From Psammoneis japonica (Eukaryota), in NCBI GenBank assembly GCA_008632985.1, contig QPGO01000041.1, positions 186,001-250,000 of the forward strand: a stretch of 64,000 nucleotides of DNA, read 5' to 3'. The translations under genes and the position numbers were made by a program. Positions 1-12,082 of the stretch are shown here, piece by piece. Each line of letters begins with the position of its first letter. Position 1 is the first letter of the stretch. The notes under the pieces are model-generated. The model was given only the letters and a program-made list of their open reading frames with translations, had not been told where the DNA came from and did not search any database.

Positions 1-2504
1 ACGACGGCTCGTGACCCTCAAGATACGAAAGATTTTTCCGCCACGGTCCATCACAGGACCGGAGGAAACGCATACTTTGTTCTTCAGTTCATTGAAATGC
101 TTCAACGTGAAGAATTGCTCAACTTTGACCTTTCCACAGGCGCATGGGAATGGGACCTTGACCAAGTCGTAGCCCGTACGAATGTTACCGACAATGTGGT
201 TCAAGTCCTGGAACGCAAGATCGAGTCCATGCCCGTTCCCGTCCAGGCTGCTCTCATCATTGCTTCATGCATTGGCTTTACATTTCATGTTGTTATTTTG
301 GAGAGCATTTTGGGTATGCAGGATCTTTTTCGCCTGTGTTGTGACATGCTGGAACGAAAACTTGATAGCGAGCAAACAGCATTCATGGGCAAGGACGACG
401 TTCAGAGTGCCATGACACTGGCGGTCCGGTCTGGATTACTTGATACAATTTCCAGTGATAAATTCAAATTCTCGCACGATCGAGTACAACAGTCGGCGCA
501 TTTGATGATTCCTTTCGGCAAGAAGGGACAACGATTCAAACTTAGGCTTGGGGAAATCATCCTAGATCTAAATAGTCATCAAGGAAAGGAGGATGATTGG
601 ATGATATTTGCTGCTGTCGATTTACTTTTGGCAAGCGATGGTCCGTCCTCAGATAGTAGAGTGGGAGGCAAAATGCTTTCAGAGCTGTGTCTTGATGCCG
701 CGGAAAGGGCCTCCAGGAAGGCAGCGTATCTCTCTGCTGCTCGATATGCCGACGCAGGGATTGAGTGCCTCAATGGCAGCATCGAAAGCAATTACAAACT
801 GTGGCTTGAACTCTCCAATATTTCGGCCGAGATGCAATACTGCCAAGGAAACTTCTTTCAGAGCGAAAGGACAGTCACGGCCATTCTGAGCGGTTCACGA
901 TGTGTCGAAGATAGATTTCGTGCTTATGCAGTATCTATGGATACTCTACAGGCAAAAGAAGAGTGGGAGGGCGCTATATTGCAAGGCGCTCAGTATTTGA
1001 GGGAGCTAGGAACTCGGATTCCAAGAAACCCTAATACTCTGCACGTGATTGCGGGTATCATGAAGCAGATGGAGAATCGCAGAATGGCCGAGACTCTTCG
1101 AATTGGCGGCATGATGGCTTTCTGTGCATGGCAAAGTGGACAAGAGAATCTCTGCATTCTTCTCGGCATGAGAATGATGCTCATCACGCTCGAGTACGGT
1201 ATTGCGGCTGGTAGCCCATACACATTTTGTGCCTATGGACTATACTTGTCGCATTTTGGTAACTTCAAGGAGGCCTATGAGTTTGGGCGATTAGCTTTGC
1301 GCATGTTGAAACGTCCCGGAATGAAAAATACGACTGCGAAAGTCTATGCTCTCGTTTACAGCTTCCTGGACTGGCTGCGCATGCCGATTCAGAATAGTTT
1401 GGAACCACTAATGGAAGGTCATACTCTAGGAATGGAGACGGGAGACGTTATTCAAGCGTCGATTTGTATTCAAATCCGAGCGGCTTTAGTTTTGTTCACG
1501 GGCGTACGACTGGTAAACTACGAAAGGTAAAAGCAGCCTCAGTTATGCGTTATTGAGGTTGAGGAAGGACTCTTCTCAAAGGCACTTATTTTCCGTTTTT
1601 TTTTATTTTTCATTGAAGGGAACTGATGGGCTTTTGTGATTTCTTCCGTGAGTACAAACAGTATTCCAGTTTAAGCATAACGATTCCGTGGTTGCAATTG
1701 GCGGAGAACCTCCTCGGGAAAAGTGCTGATCCACTGAAACTCATGGGAAGAGCTGCGGACGAAGACAACCTGCTTCAGTCCAGTGTACAGTCATCAAGTC
1801 ACGCTTCTCGACAGCTTCAGCGATCTTATGTTGTTTCAAGTATTCACAGTGCTCGTATGGTACTCCTCTACACCTTCGGAGAGTTTGAATGCGCAGATGA
1901 GGATCGGAAGAAGCATGAAGGATGCGATGGCCAGACGGGAGTGCATTTTGTCGTTGTCTACAGAATCATGTTTTGTGCTTTGACTTGTCTCAGCATGGCT
2001 AGGAAGGGGAGGCGCATTCGATACTTCAAACGAAAGGCTTATCACTATTTGAAGGATATCGAGCCGCGTGCCAGAGCTGGTTCTGTGAACTGCGTTCCCA
2101 TGCTGGAGCTTTGTGCGGCGGAGCAACGCGCTCTTAACAAAAAGAGTGGCGATGCCATTCAGCATTACAACAATGCCATTTCTATGTCAGGTCGTTGCGG
2201 CTTTCGGCTCCTCAAAGCAATCGCCTGTGAGAGGGCAGGAGAGTACATGTTAGAACTAGACGACGTGGGGAGGGCGAAGGATTACTTGCAGCGGGCCTGG
2301 GATGAATTTAGTGGATATGGAGCAGTGGCGAAGCTGTCTCATATGCAAGAGAAGTATAGACACGTAAAATCCTTCTCGACCACGACCGCCCAGGAATCGT
2401 GCACGTCCAGAAAGATGGAGGCGCAAACTGTGCGTTACTTCAACGAAGAGGTGAGCGCCGCCCAATTCTTGAACTCGAAAACAACCTCGTACAGCACGAG
2501 CTAG
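1..2504 (+). CDS. AAA-ATPase-like / TPR-helical protein (family resembling the ATPase-helical part of bacterial multi-sensor kinases); 5' end outside window; exons <1-1526 and 1619-2504
   Basis: Frame is open from base 1, with TGGNAYFVLQF (TxGNPFF-like), WEWDL, FKFSHDRVQQSAH and AIACERAG motifs. A GT..AG intron at 1527-1618 joins the two ORFs in frame. Confidence 0.8.
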
Positions 2505-3908
2505 CTTTTGGACGACTAGTAGGAATGATAGGAGGGAAGTATCCTCGCAGCTGGTTTGTCGCCAACCTTAAACAGAAAGTCATGACGGGTACTTTGCTCC
2601 GGCAAAAGAACAAAGTTGAAGTCCTTGATATCATACGCGTGGCGGCGTTGAAGGCTTGAATCACCCTCAACGAAAAATGGAATGCGTGATTGACATAGAG
2701 AATTAAGTGCAAATTTGTCTATCGTCTAACGAAAATGGGCATACGTGATTGACTTGGGTACTGTACGTCTTACAGAATTCCATGTACATTCAATCATTGA
2801 AAACGATTTGTCTGAGCTCCACAAATCACTTGTTGTGTTACTTAAACTGAGCGGCACATTCCAAACGTGATCTCCCAAGTTCCGCAAAAAAAAAAAATGC
2901 TTGGTGCCTCGAAACTCAGAGCAGCTCAAGGCTTCACTCGATGATGTGCCAAGTCAAGAGCGACATTCAACAAATGATGGAATTCTGGTTTCTCGCATCC
3001 ACTCAGTTCCACCTTTTTGAGCTGATCGCAGTTGCAGCCACATGCGCAAGATCTTGTGCAAATTCCTGCCAGCACAATTTCCAGCTCCAATCAAGGGAAT
3101 CCCAACGGCTTCAAGTTTCTGTTCTTTGGCACGCTTCAGACCAGACTTGCATGTCTTTTAAAGCAACTTGTCCTTGTGTTGCAAAGACACATGATTGTCA
3201 TCTGTTGCACAGGTTGGTCCCACTGCCAAGATTGTGAGAGTGCCACACATTTGGCTCCCACCCAAAACATGTCTGCTCCTCTGGGAGGGCCAATCATGAC
3301 TTTTTGCTTCACCACCAGGGAATCAGACAACACCCCAATTGCTCTTTTCCATTGGCTCAAGATGCTGGTGGACTTGTTGCCAAAGCTCTGGGCCACCCTT
3401 GTCTTCAAAAGCCCTTGCAACAGAATCCTCGCACATGCAATGGCATGACCCACATTCTTGGTGGCACAGACAATTGCCGCCATGTGGCCCTTGTCAGCCT
3501 TGAAATCCAAGACCAAAGAACAGCTCCCCAACAATGCACAATGTTTGCCACCACCACTGCCCAAAGGGGCAATGGGAAAATTTGTCCCATTGAGGTGATG
3601 GACAACCACCTGCTGGTGAGTTGTGTTGGTGCAAGTGAGTGGTGGCTTTTTCTTCCTCTTGTGTTCCCTCATGCCACCAACTCTCACAACTCTGCAGCTC
3701 CGCCTCCTGTTCCTTTTTGATCATTTCAGAGAGATGATTGTCAATCTGAGTTTCAAGCTCTTTTCTTCATCAAGACTTTTGAAGAGGAAATCATTTTTCT
3801 CTGTGGCTCTCTTGCTTGTTTGTGCTTTTCTCTGTCAGGTTGTCCCCACAGCACCTCCCACAGCTTTTCCAATTCTTCTCTTTTTGTCATGCACATCACA
3901 GCTTGTCC

Positions 3909-4143
3909 AGTCACGACTCAACATCATCTGGTCGCATGTCACAACTGCAAACCAGACTCAGCCCATTTCAGTCAATTCACTTGGCTTGCTCACAATTCGA
4001 TTCAAAACAGAATCAACGACTTTTGTCACAATCTTTGGACAACGACTTTCACAAAAGCATCTGTTTGCTCTGTTGCCATCTACATTGCTGCCAACCTCCG
4101 AGGTCTTGTCCACCCTGCCAAGCTGCAGGACTGTGTCTCGACT
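3909..4143 (+). repeat. 5' LTR
   Basis: Colinear ungapped match to 10894-11128; ends AGTC...GACT. Confidence 0.95.
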
Positions 4144-4277
4144 GGTTGTGGACCCCAAGTGTCACGCGTTGACGAGTGCTCCTGACCGAGTCATCGTCAC
4201 GGACGCATTCAGTTTGATTTTGAAGCAAACCCGGGAAATCGCTTGAGACTCCTTGCTCCTCCCGTCTTCATCCTGTC

Positions 4278-7200
4278 AAGAACTTGCTCTTTCAACCATG
4301 GCACTCTCGAAGGAAACCCTGGCGGAAGCGTTTGCAATGGCTGTGGCCACAGACCGCAGATCGAATCCTCCACCTCCAACCCCAACCCAACCGTCACGCG
4401 GTGGAATCCATTGGGCTCATGGAGTCTACATTGGTGGTTCCAAACTCAATGACACACATCAGCAAACATCAACAAGAACCTGCCAATTCGCCTTGCAGTG
4501 CCGTCATCCCAAGGCTCTCGACTCGACAGAGCAATCCCTCTGAGATCAGCAAGCTTCCGCAATGACTTCCAAGTTCAATGGTCAACTCAAGATTTCAAAT
4601 GGTCCTCTCAACGAGCTTGACAAAGACCATTTCGTCAGTGCGATTCAAGAGCTGGTCGAGTGTCATGGGCAACAGATGTTCTGCCACGTCAAAACCAGCG
4701 ACGGCACGGTCAAATGTATTTTCAATCATCTCCACGAGTTCTCTGTGACCAATCTTGTGGACGAGTGCAACACCAGGACCGCAGCAACGGACAACACTCG
4801 ATGCGACCCAATCGAGCTTGACAATGTCGGCCTCTCTCAGCTTCTGGTGAAGTCCAGAATCACGAACACCTTTTGCAAGAAGATCGAAACCAAGTTCAAC
4901 CATCTTCCGGACTTCCACGACTGCCCTGGGTCGATTCCATTCATGATGGCCCTAGACACATGCAACACCAGTGCTCTGACGGATGTTGAGACAGCTGGGA
5001 AGCAGCCAGACGAGCTCAATTTGGCCAACTTTCCCGGTGAGGACTGCACGGACTTTGCTGCTGAAGCACTCTGAATCGTGAAAGTCATGCAGACCGATTG
5101 TGCACTTCTGACAAACACTGGCTCCAAGCTGCTCCACAAGGTGTCCCACACGTCGTCTGCGTGCTTCAATCGAGTCATCCACAGCCAGATTGGTGAAGTC
5201 AAGAAGATGGAACACAAGCATCGCCTCAAGGATCCCGCCGCAATCAAGTCCGACAGCGACTGCGCCAAGCTCGGACCAATTGGCATCATCTCTTGGATCC
5301 AAGAACAGCATGGCGAGCTCGTCAAGGACGGAGAATGGCCCACTTTGATTGCCAAGCTTCCAGAGAGTGATGAAGCAGCTGCCGACAACCCTGTCAAAAC
5401 CAAGCACTGCTTCGACTGTGGACTCGAAGGCTGCACCAAGCAAAACTGTCCAAAATGCAACAAGCCTCCGGCTGAGGATGATCCTCTGCCGCCTCAACCA
5501 TCTGCAGACAACCCTCCTTGTGGGAAACGGAAAATCTCTGCCTGGCGCATCAAGTTTGTTGGCGAGACCACCAAAGACTCCAAGGGAAAGGAATGGAAGT
5601 GGTGCGGCAAGTGTTTGCCAAAGGACGCCGAGAAACCCGGCATGCACCAACGTCACTCTACCGCCGAGCACAAGGAGAACTTCAAGCACCCCATGCAGGA
5701 AGCCCCCGCTGGCAATCTCTTGCAAGTCTTGGATCCCGACAGTGGTGTGCCTGTGGGCCCGCCCGCCCAGACTGCCACGGAACCTGCCGATGACGAGTCG
5801 GACCCCAACGAGTTGGTCTTCACCAGAATGTGGTGCGCGGCTGCTGACGCCATTGACGACTCTAATTTCCTCTCCACTGCAGTCCCTGCATCTGCAGTGT
5901 TTACTCTGGCACCTTCGGCCGAGAGGGAGAGCAATGCAATCATTGGCACTGAGGTCAATTGCAACGAATCGAGCCCACCCGTTCTTGCCTCAGTCATGCC
6001 TCCAGTCATGCTCCCAGTCATGGTTGAGATGACATCTCCCGAAGAAGCCGACAACTTCTGCGAATGCTCCGATGCTTCATCTGCGTTTGAGCATGAACCT
6101 CCAGCGATTGAGTTGTTTCCAGCCTCGAAGCTGCACTCCATCAAACATCCAAATGAGTTCTGTGATGCTCCCGCAAATTTGACGGACATGCTGTCAGACA
6201 ACACCAAGTTAGACCTCATTCTTGAACACGATGTGCACTTTGAAGACGCACACGACAACTTGCCTCTGTGTGTCACTCACCGTGGATGCGATTTTTGTGA
6301 CCCAGAAGACCCAGGCATGGATGATTGTCATGAGCACGACAAAGAAGAGACCTCTTCATGTCAGTCTCTGCAAGAACGAGCCAAACTCTTCGCATTCTGG
6401 CTTGCAGCTGTGTTCTGGGAGACGGTTTTGCATGTCTGTTTTGCGCCAATCCCTCGCATCCCTCGCGCTCTACGTTGCAAACCTCGTGAGCTCACTCTGC
6501 ACGGTTTTCCTGCATCATGGATGGTGCTGTCTGTGGCAATCATGGTGTGGACCACGGCGCACAAGGGCATCCCACCCGAGTGCCCATTTTCGAACATTTC
6601 GAGCCGCCTCACAACCGCCAGCTCCCAAGTCCACTCGATTGTCGGAGAGCTGGACAATCGGATTGTGTCAGATGCCGGATCATTCTTCGAACACAACAAG
6701 ATCAAGGGACGACAGGTTCTTGCCAAGTTTGTCTCGCGCCACCCGTTGCACGCGCTGAGCACCCGGCCACAAGACTGCTGGAAGACCCTGGAAGTAGCTG
6801 AACGGTCAGATCCGATTGACGAATCAGCCTTCTTTGACACCTGTGAAGAACTGGAACCTCTCGACGACCAGAAGTGCTTCTTTGACGCTCTCAAGGACTT
6901 CAGTCTGGATTTCTTCCGATTTGATGAGCTCTGCATGCCACATCACATCGTTGATGCTGCTCATTTTCAAGATCCCCATGACCTGTTGGAAGAAGCACGT
7001 GTTAGACCCGCCACACACAATGCATCCACCATCAAGCTGCTCACCGGTCACTCCCAAGCCAACCCACTTGCCTCCAATCCGGTGGCACTCATCGGTCTGT
7101 CGGATGAGCAGCATGATGTGGTCATGGACACAGGCACCACATTGGCTGTCACTTTCGACAAAGCCAATTTTGCTGCCCCCCTGACCGTTCCCAAGAAGCC

Positions 7201-10200
7201 TCTTCAGATGAATGGGATAGCCAACGGTCTCACCATCCAAGGTGCCGGTCCAGTCTCATGGGTTTTCACGACGCCGAGCGGAGCCACCATCCAACTGAAC
7301 ACTGTGGAGCACTGCGCACCCTCCTGTCTCCCCAACGCCTCTTTAACGAAGAGAAGGGAGCATCTGGCAAGTGTGAGGGCGATCAACGGAGTTTCAGAAT
7401 TGTTGTTGATGGCACTGGCAAGTTGGATGCACCGCATCACGACTCAAGCTACCTGCCCATTGCATCAATGTCCAAGGGCACCACCAAAGCTCCTCAGGTG
7501 AACCTGCAAATCCTGAACGAGGAGAATCAAAATCTCACGGCAGGACAGAAGCTTTCAGTGGAAATGCACTCTTGCTTTGGCCACATTAACTTTGCTCACG
7601 TTCAAGCACTTCTCCGCGCTGTTCCGTTCCCATCGAATCGTTTCAAGGCAGTGGCCAAGTGCGACCATCCCAGGTGCGAAGCATGCGAGCATGCCAAAGG
7701 CCACAGACGGTCCCTGGGCTCTGCCCACAAGACGACAGTCCCTGAATGCGACGGGGCCCTTCGAGCTGACCATTTGTGACCGGGTCAGGCTGTCAGCGTC
7801 AATCATTTCGAGTCTCGCCTGCTTGGCCGAACCTTTGACTCCTGCGGTAAAGCCACGTCCCGGCAATTCAAGGGCGGTCGCATTTTTGTCGATCAAGCCT
7901 CGGGCCATGTGCAGGTCGAGCATCAACTCAGTTTCTCCGCTGTCGAGACGATTCAAGCAAAACAAGCGTTTGAGAAACATGCTTTGGACCATGGTGTCAT
8001 CGTTCAGGAATTTCTTGCCAACAGTGGAGCTTTCAAGGCCAACTCTTTTGTGCAACACACACGAGAGCATGAACAACATCTCCGTTTCTGTGGAACCAAC
8101 GCCCATCATCAGAACGGCGCAGCAGAATGCGGCATCCAAAGCATCTCCAACATGGTGAGAGCGATGTTGCTCCATGCCTCTGTTCACTGGAAAGGTGGGA
8201 TTGACAGCTCCCTGTGGCCCATGGCTGTTTCTTGTGCTGCGCATGTCTACAATGTCACCCCGAATGCCAAGGGACATTGCCCAGCGGACATTTTCACCGG
8301 CTCGACAGTGCCTCGCCATTGCTTGTGAGACATTCACACATGGGGATGTCCGGCGTACGTGCTCGACCCCAAGATCGCTTCCGGGAAGAAACTGCCGAGT
8401 TGGGAACCCCGCACTCACCGCGCCTTGTTTGTGGGACTCAGTGCGATCCATTCCAGTGAAGTGCCTCTCGCCCTCAATTTGCAGACTGGCAGCATCACTC
8501 CTCAGCATCATGTGGTTTTTGACAATCTCTTCACTGCTGTGCCATCAATCGAGAGGGAGACGGATCCACCCAATCACTGGGAGCAACTCTGTCTCAATCA
8601 GTCTATTTGCATCCCTCTGGAGAGGACCAAATGGTCCACTTGCACAATGAATGGCTTGCTCCTCCAGAGCACCAACGTAAAGAGCAAGAACCAGCCAGGG
8701 AGACTCGCATTCACGGACATTTTGAGCCCACTCCATCGATTGCTGTCGAGAATCCTCCCGCTCCTTGCCAAGATGCATCCAATCAAGTCACGTCTGCGAC
8801 TCAGGAGCAAACGCCTCCAGTCCCATCTACGACTCACGATGCCATGGCTTCTGCGGAGTCTGCGCCAATTCAGCCACCTGAACCTCAAGTTGGCAATGAA
8901 CTTCCGCCACCTGAAGCGCCGCCTGAACCAACAGCTCCTCCTCTGACCAAAACCCCTGCTGTGTCGAATCCAGAGGGAGTGTCAGGGCTGCGACGGTCTT
9001 CAAGGTCAACCAAGGGACAGCTCAACTCTGCCAAGTTCATGGACGAAGTCTGCTGCAGCTCCGTCAAGGAAACCCCAGTGCCGAAGGGACACGAGGCTCA
9101 GCTGGCACATCTGGCAACTCTCGAGACCGACTTGGATTGTGCCACACTCAATGTTGGTGATCCTCGAGCCCATGCAGCAAGCAAGAAAACCAAGGACCCT
9201 GACATGCCTTCCTTGCACAATGCTCTGAAAGGACCGGATGCCGAAGAGTGGATCAAGGCGATGAAAATCAAAGTCAACACGCTCATCCATCGTCGAGCAT
9301 GGGAAGCAGTCGAGCGCACTCCGAAAATGAACGCACTCCCAGGAACATGGGCTCTTGAACTCAAGCGGCCACCAGATGGCACACCCTTGAAGTGCAAAGC
9401 CCGGCACTGTGTTTGCGGCGATTTGCAGAAAGAAGGAGTGGACCATTTTGAGACCCATGCACCAGTCGTGCAATGGTCCAGCATCCACCTTGTGCTCACT
9501 GCAGTCTTGAAGGAAGGATGGACTGCGCGTCAAGTAGACTGTGCTGCTGCCTTTTGCCAAGCCGACATTGCCGAAGAAGTCTGTGTGTCGCCACCGAAGG
9601 GTTTCGCGCCAAGATCAGGACTCAACATGGTCCTCAAACTTTTGAAAGGACTGTGCGGTCTGAAACAGTCTCCCAAGGGTTTCTGCGAGAAGCTGCGAGC
9701 TGGATTGATTGAGCGCGGATGGGTGCCTTCAGCAACAGACCCTTGCCTGTGCTTCAAGGAAGGGATGATGTGCATGGTGCACGTCAACGACACCGCATTC
9801 GCTGGAGCATCAGCTGAAGCTCTAGAGGAGGAGATTCGCAAGTCAGGAGTCTCCAACGATGAGCATCGCCACATGTTTGAACTTAGGGACGAAGGAGAAG
9901 TCAGAAATTTCCTCGGCATCAAGATCGAGAAGCTCTCCGAGGGCCGATTTTTGCTCACCCAACCTGGTCTCATTGACAAGGTCCTGCGCACCGCCCAGAT
10001 GGAAGAATGCAATGGAGCTGTCACTCCAGCCCTTCCCACTCCTGTTGGTGCTGCCACGGACGGCCCACCTTTCGAAGAACCCTGGGATTGTCGTTCCGTT
10101 GTTGGCATGTTGATGCACTTGGCTGCAAACAGTCAGCCAGACATCGCCTGCGCAACACATCAAGTTGCACGTTTTTCATTTGCACCCCAAGCGCCCCATG

Positions 10201-10872
10201 CTGCTGCAGTGAAGCAGATGCTCTGACACCTCAAGGCCACTGCTGCTGAGGGTCTCATTCTCAAGCCTGCGCAAGATCATCGAGTTGATTGTTGCGTCGA
10301 TTCTGACTTTGCGGGCTCATTTGGTGTCGAAGATGGGCAAGACTCAGTTTCAGTCAAGTCCAGGACTGGACACCTCATCCACTGTTCCGGCTGCCCGCTT
10401 GTCTGGGTGTCCAAGCTGCTGACTCTCGCAGCATTGTCGACTGTGGAAGCGGAATGTGTCGCACTTTCTCAAGCCATGCGCGATCTCATCCCCATCCGTG
10501 AAGTTCTCAAGGAGCTCAACCATCACGTGTTCGGAAAGTCTGACCACCAAAACCCTGTCACGACTCGATCCAAGGCTTTTGAGCTCGCAAACCAAGGTTC
10601 CGAAGATGCACCTGTTGAGCAAAATGTCCTGCCTGCGTCCGTTGTGTACGAAGACAATGCCGCGTGCCTCAAGTTTGCACGCATGCCCAAGTTGTCTCCG
10701 CGAACCAAGCACATCGGCATCCCGCACCACTGGTTTGGGACTAAAGTCTCGAACAATTGGAGATCAACATCCAACCCATCAGCACTCCAGAGCAACCAGC
10801 CGATCAGCTCACCAAGGGACTGCGGACCGATGCGTTCCGTGCGGCTAGAAAGGCTCTTGCATGGGCTGGCAA
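4278..10872 (+). pseudogene. Copia gag-pol pseudogene (TGA stops, frameshifts, Tyr replaced by Cys/His)
   Basis: Knuckle-like CFDCGLEGCTKQNC, protease VVMDTGTT, integrase HSCFGH..CEAC and AHHQNGAAE, RT CKARHCVCG / LCGLKQSP / MVHVNDT, RNase H DSDFAG / EAECVALS / YEDN / KHI. The probable terminal M-G-W-stop now reads ATG GGC TGG CAA (10861-10872). Confidence 0.95.
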
Positions 10873-10893
10873 GCTCTCTCGGTTGAGAGGGAG

Positions 10894-11128
10894 AGTCACG
10901 ACTCAACGTCATCTGGTCGCATGTCACGACTGCAAACCAGACTCAGCCTGTTTCAGTTGATTTGTTTGGCTCGCTCACAATTCGATTCAAAACAGAATCA
11001 ATGACTTTTGTCACAATCTTTAGACAACGACTTTCATCAAAGCGTCTGTTTGCTCTGTTGCTGTCCATGTTGCCACCAACCTCCGAGGTCCCATCCACCC
11101 TACCAAGCTGTGGGACTGCATCTTGACT
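10894..11128 (+). repeat. 3' LTR
   Basis: Follows the PPT, matches the 5' LTR, and is followed by TSD TGTCC. Confidence 0.95.
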
Positions 11129-12082
11129 TGTCCCAGATTTTGATGGTCATCAGCACATCAGAACTCTCTTTCCACTTGGTCAGTGTCCCACTCTCCAGCT
11201 GTTTTCACACTGCAAGCTTGTGTCAAGGTTCGCTTGTTCCACACAATCTCTGTGGATTTCTCTTGTTGTTGTGAGTGTCAACTGGACTCCTCACTCTCCA
11301 GCAGCATTTGCAAAAATGTTGGATGACTGCTTTGCAATGAAAACACAAACCCTTGTTGCAGCAGCAGCACATTTTGGAAGGATGAGAAAGTTGGTGAGTG
11401 TTCCTCCTGGCGAGAGTGCACAGAGTGGTCCCCAGCCCTCCTTTCAAAGAGTTGCCAGCCAGCACACCACACCCAGCCCACTGTGTGCTGCAGTTGGAAT
11501 TGTTCCTGATGGTTCCAACTGCAGCTTGCTTGGTTCAATCAAAAAGGGAGTGCAGGACATGTCACAGCTCCATTCCGACACAACTGAGTGCACCAACTGA
11601 TTGAGGCAAAACAGCATGCGCAGCAAGACACATGTGTGCAAAACTGTGCTGGCGCCGTGTGTTGTTGTTTGTTGGGGCAGTTGCCATGATCCAAATTCTC
11701 TCTCTGTGAGCATTTGAAACAATGTCACCAAAGAAAAGGGACAACAGAATCAAAATGAACAAAAGCAGCACAATTTGGACATTGCGGCAGAGAGCGAGTT
11801 TTGTGCAGGGGGGTGTCACCACAGCAACGCAAGGTCCAGTTTTTTTATCCTAAAATTTTGGTGGATCACCTTCAAACAAGCAATGTTCATTGCTTCTATG
11901 TGACAGCGCCGAGTGGCAAATAAAAAGCCGCTCCGATTCTCACGGTGGTGTTTTGAGGAATGGTGTACATGCGTGACTGAATGAGTCCCGTCTAGCTTCC
12001 ATTAGAAGCACACCACACCAAAACCGAAAACAACGGTCACAAGAAAAAAGACTCGACACACAAAATTTCGTGTCATTTGACC

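Larger units (their letters stand above)
3909..11128 (+). mobile_element. Full-length but inactivated Ty1/Copia LTR retrotransposon
   Basis: 235-bp LTRs at 3909-4143 and 10894-11128. 5-bp TSD TGTCC at 3904-3908 and 11129-11133. PBS-like GGTTGTGGACCCC at 4144 and PPT GAGAGGGAG ending at 10893. Domain order gag-PR-IN-RT-RH. Confidence 0.97.

Noticed and set aside
4278..10872. Alternative genetic code or TGA read-through keeping the Copia element active
   Set aside because: The changes also hit non-coding DNA and both strands, frameshifts exist, and catalytic Asp residues are lost (YVDD->HVND).
3909..11128. ADAR/APOBEC editing of the retroelement intermediate as the cause
   Set aside because: That would be strand-biased and largely shared by both LTRs; here A->G and T->C co-occur, the LTRs differ reciprocally, and intron-containing gene copies are affected.
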